Part shown: positions 10,377 to 17,435 of the stretch, in pieces
Layout of the letters: the number at the start of each line of letters is the position of its first letter
Numbering within the stretch: position 1 is the first letter of the stretch
Virus record (IMG/VR): IMGVR_UViG_3300005253_000361
Coordinates: 53,124-117,123 of that record
Direction: 5' to 3' (one strand)
DNA: 64,000 nt
DNA from: a virus
Position numbers and translations under genes: made by a program
The notes under the pieces: model-generated
Told to the model about the DNA's origin: nothing
Seen by the model: only the letters and a program-made list of their open reading frames with translations
Databases searched by the model: none

Positions 10377-12799
10377 CAGGCCTCACACTCCTCAGTCGGT
10401 GGGGTGCCGAACAGAAGCGGCACCAGGGGGGCAAACTCTTCCTCCTCCAGGACCTCGCGAACGTGGTCGGGACAAAAGGTGTCGATCGGTGTACATGCGG
10501 CCGACATACCCCGTACGGAGGCCTCGAGATTCGGGATGTTGTTGTGGCCTTCCGGCAGCGACTGGAGGGCCTGCGCCAAGAACGCACGCCCCTCCTGGGC
10601 CTTCAAAACCCCGAGGGCCTCGAGTGCCATCGTGAACTCACTATCGAGCGCGATCGCCTTCTGCAGCATCCCCTCCGCGACCGCTCGATCGCCTGACTCG
10701 AGGAAGTGCATCGCGAGGTTGTAGTTGGTGGCGGCATCGAGCGGGCTATGAGCCAGCTGCCGAAGTCCGATCCGGAAATACATCTTGAGCTTCCGCTTCA
10801 ACTTCTCCGGGTCCGAGAGAAAACCTGCGTGATCAATCACGCACTCCGACCGCAAGATCTGAAGGTTGTGCTCCCGGAGCGAGTCCGTAACGGTCTCGTG
10901 GACCCACCGGTAGTACCGGATCCGTGGATCGTTCCGGAACAGGCGAATCGCATCCTGATTCCACACCCGCCCATTCGGAAGTCGGTTCCGCACGTAGAAC
11001 CCGTAGGCATAGGCGATCGGCCGCTCGATCTCCCGACGAATCATCCGGGTCTCCGACGAGGACTCGTCGATGTCGAGGTGCAAAATCCACTCATGCCGAG
11101 CCATCTTCACGGCAGCGTTCCGCGGAGCGGCAAAGTCGTCGTTCCACTCGCGCTCGATGACACGACAGCCCCACATCTCCGCGATCTCGATCGAGGCGTC
11201 CTCAGAGCCGGTATCACAGATCACGATCTCGTCGGCGAAGGCCCAGAACTGCGGGAAGAAGTTGTGCAGCCGGGCCTCCTCGTTCCGCATGATCGTCACG
11301 AGCGAGATACCGTTGTCCTCCTGCCACGGCATCAGCTGCATGCCGGTCTCGTCGATGATGTGGCTGTAGTCGTCGTTACCGATCAGCCTGGCGTTCTTCT
11401 CGTTGTCAGTACGCTGGTAGAACTCGTACTTCCGCTGACGTTCCTCTGCGGTCATGTTGCCGTAGTGCTTGATCCGCACGGACGTGAGGGCAATCGAACC
11501 CTCAGGGAATGCCGGCGCGTTCCCCACGTGAAACGCCTCGTTCGGGACCCGGAACCCCGACAGGCATCGATACATGCGGCAGCCGCCGCCCATCTGGCCC
11601 CAGACACCGTCCGCCCGCCAGTACTGATCAGAGTTCCAGAAGTGGTACCAATGGAAGCTGTACCCGGAGATCGCCGGGTGAGGAACCCGCATGAGCCTCT
11701 CCGCGTACGCACGGTCGAACTTATCCTCGAAGACCTCGTCGGCGTCGATGCTGATGGCCCAGTCACAGCCATCCTCACAGGCCCACCGGTAGAGGTCCTG
11801 CCGATCCTGCCCCTCGAGCTTCTTATGGGTCCGCCGCTCGTACCGGGCGAGCTTGGCCCCGCAGATCTCCTCGATCTCGTCAGTCGGCCACAGCTCGGCC
11901 GGCGACTGGTCGTCGAGAATGTAGAAGCGATCCACGAACGTGGCCGCGTTCCTCAGGCTGTCGAGGAACCACGGCACCTGGTACTCCCGGGTCAGCTTGA
12001 CCCGAAAGAGAGCCCCCAGGATCTGCTCCTCCTTCGGCTCCCACTTCTGGTACAGCCGCTTGAGGTTCCGCACACCCGTGAGCGAATCGGGAGCGATCCG
12101 GCGGAGCGTCACGCTACCGTAGTGGTAGATGAAGCACGGGGCGCAGATGACGGTGGACCAGCCGGCCCGCATCGCGCGCACGCAGAGATCATTATCCTCG
12201 GCCCCGCCGACGGGGAACCACTCCTCATCGAAGATGAACCCGTCCTGCTCGAGACGCTCATCGAAGAACTCGCGCGACATCATGAAACAGAATCCCGACA
12301 GAAAGGCGACCGCGTCCCACTTGAGTGCGTTCTTGGCCGCCCACAGCTTGGAATGTTCGGCGACATTGGTCGGGTTGAGCTGGGGCGAGTGGACCATCTG
12401 GAACCCGCCGCAGTAATTGGTCAGCGGCCCCACCATGCCGGCCTTGGGTCGGTTCGGATCCGTGGCGTGGTACATGTCCAGGCAGTCGATCAGGAGCGTG
12501 TCCCAGTCGGGCGTGAACAGGACATCGTCATTGGTGCAGACGATGTATTTGGCCTCCGGCGACACCGCGTCAAATCCGGTGTTCATCCCCTCGCCGAACC
12601 CGCGCAACTCCGCGGATCGCAAGACCTTGTCGGCCCCGTAGGCCTCGGCCAACGCAGCGGCTCGAGGGCAGTCGTCGTTCACGACCACGATGAGTTCGTA
12701 GTCGGTAGTGGTGTGTTCTTCGAGCGTCGCGAGCGCCTGCTGAAAAAACTCGCAGGATTCCCCGCCCACGGTGAGCATTACAATACTTAGATCCGGCAT
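10376..12799 (-). CDS. Multidomain glycosyltransferase: three GT2 (GT-A) domains plus C-terminal TPR
   Basis: Domain 1: TNDDV, SGFCFM, EDNDLCVR (WbbL/rhamnosyltransferase-like). Domain 2: LDDQS, SIDADE, KHYG. Domain 3: IMRNEE, DTGSED, WNDDFAAPRN, LDIDE (SunS/flagellin-GT-like). Then TPR-like helices (YNLAMHFLESG...ALEALG). Confidence 0.9.
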   Translation of the reverse strand: MPDLSIVMLTVGGESCEFFQQALATLEEHTTTDYELIVVVNDDCPRAAALAEAYGADKVLRSAELRGFGEGMNTGFDAVSPEAKYIVCTNDDVLFTPDWDTLLIDCLDMYHATDPNRPKAGMVGPLTNYCGGFQMVHSPQLNPTNVAEHSKLWAAKNALKWDAVAFLSGFCFMMSREFFDERLEQDGFIFDEEWFPVGGAEDNDLCVRAMRAGWSTVICAPCFIYHYGSVTLRRIAPDSLTGVRNLKRLYQKWEPKEEQILGALFRVKLTREYQVPWFLDSLRNAATFVDRFYILDDQSPAELWPTDEIEEICGAKLARYERRTHKKLEGQDRQDLYRWACEDGCDWAISIDADEVFEDKFDRAYAERLMRVPHPAISGYSFHWYHFWNSDQYWRADGVWGQMGGGCRMYRCLSGFRVPNEAFHVGNAPAFPEGSIALTSVRIKHYGNMTAEERQRKYEFYQRTDNEKNARLIGNDDYSHIIDETGMQLMPWQEDNGISLVTIMRNEEARLHNFFPQFWAFADEIVICDTGSEDASIEIAEMWGCRVIEREWNDDFAAPRNAAVKMARHEWILHLDIDESSSETRMIRREIERPIAYAYGFYVRNRLPNGRVWNQDAIRLFRNDPRIRYYRWVHETVTDSLREHNLQILRSECVIDHAGFLSDPEKLKRKLKMYFRIGLRQLAHSPLDAATNYNLAMHFLESGDRAVAEGMLQKAIALDSEFTMALEALGVLKAQEGRAFLAQALQSLPEGHNNIPNLEASVRGMSAACTPIDTFCPDHVREVLEEEEFAPLVPLLFGTPPTEECEA

Positions 12800-12836
12800 C
12801 TGGATCTCCTTCCCCTCAGTCGGTTTTTGGTGTCCT

Positions 12837-13448
12837 CTAACCAGCGGGACTCTTGTACTCCGTCAAGCGGAGTTGAATGTGGCGCACAGCGCCGTGCCTC
12901 TTGTACTTCGGGTCGATCTCCTGGATCTCCCAGGTGGTAGAGCTGTAAGTGAGCTTGTCCCCAACCTCGACATCTGCATCGGGCGCCACGTACAGAACCG
13001 CAAACCTCTTGGTCGCGCCACCGGCGACCGTCACCTCCACGCTCTCCTTCGGGCGGGTGAGACGGCCGTAGATCGGGCCTGTCACGGTGAGCCCCATGAT
13101 GAGCTCACCCATCGAGGTGACGGCTTGCACCAGGACCGTCCCGACAGCTGCCTCATCGGCGAGGCCTGACGTCTGGATCCGGGTGATGGAGCTGAAGAGT
13201 TGAGCACCGAGACGCCGGCCATTCCCGGCGAACGTAAGTACATCGCTGGTCGCCGAACCCCCCTCATCGAGGCCGGTGACCGTTACGGTGCCGGAACCAG
13301 TGGTGAAGCCGGAGAGCGTGATCGCCAGGTAGGCGTCTTTGGCCGGTGTGAGTGACAGCCCAGAGGCGTCCGCCACTGCGGTCTCGCTGTAGAGCTCCGC
13401 GGACGGCCGCTCAGCGACAAAGGGCTGCTGGAGGAGCGTCTGCCACAT
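12837..13448 (-). CDS. Head closure protein with Ser/Thr/Gly-rich N-terminal beta domain
   Basis: C-terminal DVEVGDKLTYSSTTWEIQEID...HIQLRL is typical of gp16/FII-type head closure; module position. Confidence 0.65.
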   Translation of the reverse strand: MWQTLLQQPFVAERPSAELYSETAVADASGLSLTPAKDAYLAITLSGFTTGSGTVTVTGLDEGGSATSDVLTFAGNGRRLGAQLFSSITRIQTSGLADEAAVGTVLVQAVTSMGELIMGLTVTGPIYGRLTRPKESVEVTVAGGATKRFAVLYVAPDADVEVGDKLTYSSTTWEIQEIDPKYKRHGAVRHIQLRLTEYKSPAG

Positions 13449-13451
13449 GGT

Positions 13452-14021
13452 CTACCCCACCGAGCAGAGTCGGTAGTGGCCAATGGTGTCGTTGAGGATC
13501 ACCGACTCCTCGGGCCGGCGGAACGACTCCTGTAGGTCGCCGATGAGTTGACTCCCGAGACCCTCGGTAGCCTTCCGATTGAACCAGTAGGACCCGAGCC
13601 GCAGGCAACACATCTCCACCTCGGACGGAGCCGCGGCGAAACCTGCCACGAACGTGATCAACAGCACCCCCGAGACCCGAGCCTCGTAGCCGGCACTGTC
13701 GATGAACGTGATGACGCCAATCCGAAGGTCAATCCTGTAGTCAGTACCCGCTACCTGCGCGACACCATCGAGCGTGATGGTGGTGACCGAGATGACCGGC
13801 CACTCCCGCAGCACGACCCTCGACACCGCCGCGAGCTGATGCACCTGGCCTGCCCGGGTATGGGACTCGAACCCCTCACCGGGGTTGTCGCCATAGACCC
13901 GGCCCGTAAACTTGTCGCACCTCTCACCTGCCGCCACCACGTACACCGCCAGAATGGTGTCCTGCCCGGAATCTGTGAAGTCGAGCTGGGCCTTCATCGT
14001 GGCGAGGTCGGTGTAGGCCAT
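13452..14021 (-). CDS. Head-tail connector/adaptor protein
   Basis: MAYTDLATMKAQL...D..L...FVAGFAAAPSEVEMCCLRL is the gp6/gp15-type adaptor pattern. Confidence 0.85.
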   Translation of the reverse strand: MAYTDLATMKAQLDFTDSGQDTILAVYVVAAGERCDKFTGRVYGDNPGEGFESHTRAGQVHQLAAVSRVVLREWPVISVTTITLDGVAQVAGTDYRIDLRIGVITFIDSAGYEARVSGVLLITFVAGFAAAPSEVEMCCLRLGSYWFNRKATEGLGSQLIGDLQESFRRPEESVILNDTIGHYRLCSVG

Positions 14022-14395
14022 TAGCCGGCGGCGCCCGCCCTCTGGATCCGCAGAGCTTCAGCGTCAATACGGCTGATGCGGTACCGAGGGCCGTCGGGGG
14101 TGTCGAGCTTCTCGGCCAACAGCTTCCCGTTATCGATGTACTTGTAGATCGTGGAGCGGGCATAGCCAGTGAGCTCCGAGACCTGCTCCGGGTTCAGGCG
14201 AGCCTTGGTGGGATCGATAACGCCCTCTGGGTCCTCGACGAGCTCGTACCCTTCGAACATGAGGCGCTCAGCTGAATGCTGGTACTTCACCTCGACCAGA
14301 TGGTTGCGCTGCTCGGGGGTCTCGTCGTAGAGACAGTTGATGGGGATATCGGGCGGCCCGAATTCCGTCCGGAGAACAAACGGTTGCGTGGTCAT
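14021..14395 (-). CDS. Protein with C-terminal excisionase-type HTH (HTH_17-like)
   Basis: LNPEQVSELTGYARSTIYKYIDNGKLLAEK...YRISRIDAEAL. Confidence 0.7.
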   Translation of the reverse strand: MTTQPFVLRTEFGPPDIPINCLYDETPEQRNHLVEVKYQHSAERLMFEGYELVEDPEGVIDPTKARLNPEQVSELTGYARSTIYKYIDNGKLLAEKLDTPDGPRYRISRIDAEALRIQRAGAAG

Positions 14396-14434
14396 TGTTG
14401 CGTCCCTCCTGAATGTCGTGGTCCCTCTCGGGGT

Positions 14435-14465
14435 AAAAAATAGGGAGCGCCTCGAGGGCGTCTCT
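14435..14465 (-). terminator. Intrinsic terminator after major capsid gene
   Basis: Minus strand GAGACGCCCTCGAGGCGCTCCC hairpin followed by TATTTTTT. Confidence 0.6.
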
Positions 14466-14484
14466 AATCCCTTGTGATCAGCGG

Positions 14485-15468
14485 TTAGCTGATCTTTACT
14501 CCGTACAGGGCGCTGATCTTCAACGTGTTGAAGAGCACCAGCGCCTCGTCCATGAACATGTCGAACTCTTCGTACTGCGAGCTCTTGTTCGACAACGCCT
14601 GGGTCTGGAATTCGGACAGAACGCCCATCCAGAGGTTGTCGAAGTCCACGATGAACGCCATCGAAGTGGTCCCGGTACCCCCGACAGCCTGCGCCTGCGT
14701 GGGAGTCGCAGAGCCGCTGTAGAAGATGGTGTCCGGGATGTTCGTGGTGGGTAGAACGGGGATGCCGTTGTAGGTCATCACCTTGAACCCGGCCGCGATC
14801 TCCGTGTGGTCGATCCAGCGCTGCTGCGACTGCAGCTTGGCTGCGAGCAACCGGCGGAAAGCGCGAGACACCAGGATCAAGCTCGGGTTGCCACGGTTCC
14901 GATCAATGGCCTGATCCATCTTGGCCAACGTCAGAGTGGCACCGTTCATGACGCCGGTCGACTGTGCGACCTTCTGGGCGTCCGTGATGAGCTTGTTCAT
15001 GCCGCTGAACTGCTTCGCGTCCTGGGCAGCATCGCCCCAGATGGACCAGTGCTCCTCGTAGTCGCGCACGTCTTCGACGCGATAACGAATCTCGTCCATC
15101 AGGATGTCCCGGAACGAACGGCCAATGGCACGCGCCTTACGCGTGACCTTGCCGCGAGCCAGGATGGTCTTGTAGACGAAGGACACGCGGGCGTACGAGC
15201 TGACATCCTCGTCCGGCTCCTCGATGTCGTTCACGAACTGGGCGATCGTGGTACCGACGGAACGTCGGTCCAACAGCCAAGCAGAACTTGTGCCGGTCAG
15301 ACGCGGAACGCTCTGGCGCCACGGGTTCAGGTAGTCCATCAGCCCGGCGATTTCCTTCTGCACATCGGGCTGCTCCAGGACACCGGTGACCGCGGTTGCA
15401 GTGAGCGTGCGCTTGAGCCTTTCTACATCGGCACGCGACAACGCATGATTCAGTACTTCGTTGTTCAC
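14485..15468 (-). CDS. Major capsid protein (HK97 fold)
   Basis: 327 aa after protease and scaffold; IWGDA...QFSGM, TYNGIPVLPT motifs; followed by terminator. Confidence 0.9.
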   Translation of the reverse strand: MNNEVLNHALSRADVERLKRTLTATAVTGVLEQPDVQKEIAGLMDYLNPWRQSVPRLTGTSSAWLLDRRSVGTTIAQFVNDIEEPDEDVSSYARVSFVYKTILARGKVTRKARAIGRSFRDILMDEIRYRVEDVRDYEEHWSIWGDAAQDAKQFSGMNKLITDAQKVAQSTGVMNGATLTLAKMDQAIDRNRGNPSLILVSRAFRRLLAAKLQSQQRWIDHTEIAAGFKVMTYNGIPVLPTTNIPDTIFYSGSATPTQAQAVGGTGTTSMAFIVDFDNLWMGVLSEFQTQALSNKSSQYEEFDMFMDEALVLFNTLKISALYGVKIS

Positions 15469-15514
15469 TTACCGCACACCTCCTCAGGTGGTAGTTCGGA
15501 ATACCGCTGGGCGA

Positions 15515-16129
15515 TTACTCGCCGAAGTGGGCTCCGAGGGTTTCACGCAAGCGCACCTTGGGGTCGGTCTCGCCATCGAGCTTTCGTTCAAGCTCGCTCT
15601 GCGTGTTGTCTTGATCGCTGCCGTCGTCTTCAGCGTCACCTACGACGCCGCGCCGAACCGGCTGCGCGTTCTCCAACTTCTTGATGGAGCGCTCGACCTT
15701 GTCGAGCCGCTCATCGTTCTCGTCCTCGTCGACGGAACGCCCGCCGGTATCGGCATCTGCCGAATCCTCGTCTGCGTCCTCATCCACGTCTTCAGTCGCG
15801 GCTACGACGATCGCATCGATCTTCTCGTTCAGCGCGCGAAGCGCCTCTGCGATGGGCTCAGCAAATTCGCCGAGCCTGTCGGCCACGGGGCCGAGATCGA
15901 GCACTACTTCAGGGGCCGCATCGCGCGACTCCTCGGTGTCCTCGTCGGCATCGGCTTCCGCCTGCGCCGTCTCGAACGCCGTGATCTGCGATCGCTGGGT
16001 CTCGTCTTGGGTTTCGAGATCCGTGAAAATCGTATCGAACGCCTCACGTTCCTCGTCACTCAGGTCAACACCGGCGACCAGTTCCCTCAATTGCTTCAAG
16101 AGGTCCACGGGGTACAACACCTCCTTCAC
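15515..16129 (-). CDS. Capsid scaffolding protein
   Basis: Very acidic coiled-coil protein between protease and major capsid gene. Confidence 0.7.
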   Translation of the reverse strand: MKEVLYPVDLLKQLRELVAGVDLSDEEREAFDTIFTDLETQDETQRSQITAFETAQAEADADEDTEESRDAAPEVVLDLGPVADRLGEFAEPIAEALRALNEKIDAIVVAATEDVDEDADEDSADADTGGRSVDEDENDERLDKVERSIKKLENAQPVRRGVVGDAEDDGSDQDNTQSELERKLDGETDPKVRLRETLGAHFGE

Positions 16130-16141
16130 CCGTTGTGTAGT

Positions 16142-17095
16142 TCAGCCAGCCAGCTCCACCAGATAGGCCGGAATGCCCTGCCCGGAAATACCGTGGGTGG
16201 TTCGGTACTCCTGCAGCAGATGCGCGGCTACGCTGTGCTTGTCCTCATCGGGAAGGTCAGAGCCCTCCAGTTTCGACGCGGCGGTATCTAGCCCCGCCCG
16301 GACCGACACCAGGTGCCCGTCCACTACGTCGTGATGAGGAAATCCGTAGTCCCCGAAACGGGAACCGTCACCAGACACATGTGCGAAGGCCTGCCGATAG
16401 ACAGACCAGTCGACGTCTTGCTTGGTCGGGCCGCCCGCCAGCGCACGAACGCGCTGAATGGCACCGACCGAATCCCACTGGCGCTCCCGGCTCGGGGGCG
16501 TGTGGGCAAATTCGAGTTGAACGAAAGTAGCGATTTCCGAGTGCTCGACCGTGCCGAAAGAAACGCCGGCCGACCGCAGAGCGCGCTCGACCCAGCTGGT
16601 CAGCTCAGCCTCCGGAACCGCCGGCACAGAAACCAGCGATACCTCCAGCAGGCGGAGCGAATGAACGACGATCTTCGACTCGCCGTTCGGCTGCTCAACG
16701 TACTCGTAGTCCATCGTGCGCCACGAGACGGAGAACTTGTTCAGTACGCCTTCACGGATCTTCGTCCAGAGATCGTTCTCGACAGACGAGATGAACCCGG
16801 TGAACCGGATCCCCTTGATGGCGTCGTCGTAGTAGCACTCGGTGACACGACCGACTGCCCGGCCTATATCGTGGCCGTAGAGGATGGTGGCGTACGTGAG
16901 CAGGTCGTGAGCCGAAGCCCGGAGGGCCGCTTCGGTAATCTCGACGCCATTCATGTCGAGGCACGCCACGGTGGCGATACCCTCGATCCAACGTCGAGGC
17001 TCAGACTCGCCGGCGCGGACTCCTTCGGAAACATCGCGAATCATTACCGGCAAGGCCGGAATGTCCTGCTGCCTGCGAAAGTCGATATGCTCCAA
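16142..17095 (-). CDS. HK97-family prohead protease with C-terminal extension domain
   Basis: ILYGHD (His), KFSVSW (Ser), LLEVSLVSVPAVPEA motifs. Confidence 0.9.
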   Translation of the reverse strand: MEHIDFRRQQDIPALPVMIRDVSEGVRAGESEPRRWIEGIATVACLDMNGVEITEAALRASAHDLLTYATILYGHDIGRAVGRVTECYYDDAIKGIRFTGFISSVENDLWTKIREGVLNKFSVSWRTMDYEYVEQPNGESKIVVHSLRLLEVSLVSVPAVPEAELTSWVERALRSAGVSFGTVEHSEIATFVQLEFAHTPPSRERQWDSVGAIQRVRALAGGPTKQDVDWSVYRQAFAHVSGDGSRFGDYGFPHHDVVDGHLVSVRAGLDTAASKLEGSDLPDEDKHSVAAHLLQEYRTTHGISGQGIPAYLVELAG

Positions 17096-17103
17096 GCTTC
17101 ATG

Positions 17104-17301
17104 TCACCCCCGGGTGAATGTCTGGCGCCCAAGATCGATACGCCCGAAGCCCTTGCAGGCCTCGCAGGTCGTCTGCTTCATGCACTTTGGATGGTCCTCG
17201 TGTAGGTAGCCGTAACCGCGGCAGTTAGGGCAAACCGGCCCCTCTGCTTGGCGCAGCCTCGGGTCCATCGCTCGCATGTCTTGCTCATTGATCATGGACA
17301 T
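17104..17301 (-). CDS. Small zinc-finger protein (DnaJ-type CxxCxGxG x2)
   Basis: CPNCRGYG and CEACKGFG. Confidence 0.55.
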   Translation of the reverse strand: MSMINEQDMRAMDPRLRQAEGPVCPNCRGYGYLHEDHPKCMKQTTCEACKGFGRIDLGRQTFTRG

Positions 17302-17435
17302 TGTGGTTCAGTGGTAACTCACGTATGCACAAGGATGGATAATCGGTAGGGGTGTTCGCAATGAAACTCTCACCGGGGTTCCACATTCCGGTGAGAGGCA
17401 CACTTGAGGGCGGGAAAGCGCAGAATCGGACGACG

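Noticed and set aside
10706-12790. Long plus-strand ORFs antisense to real genes (e.g. 694 aa here; 29336-30697, 22008-23354, 17352-18611, 27661-29115, 35532-36671)
   Set aside because: Shadow ORFs expected from high-GC codon bias; they mirror motif-bearing minus-strand genes and carry no motifs.
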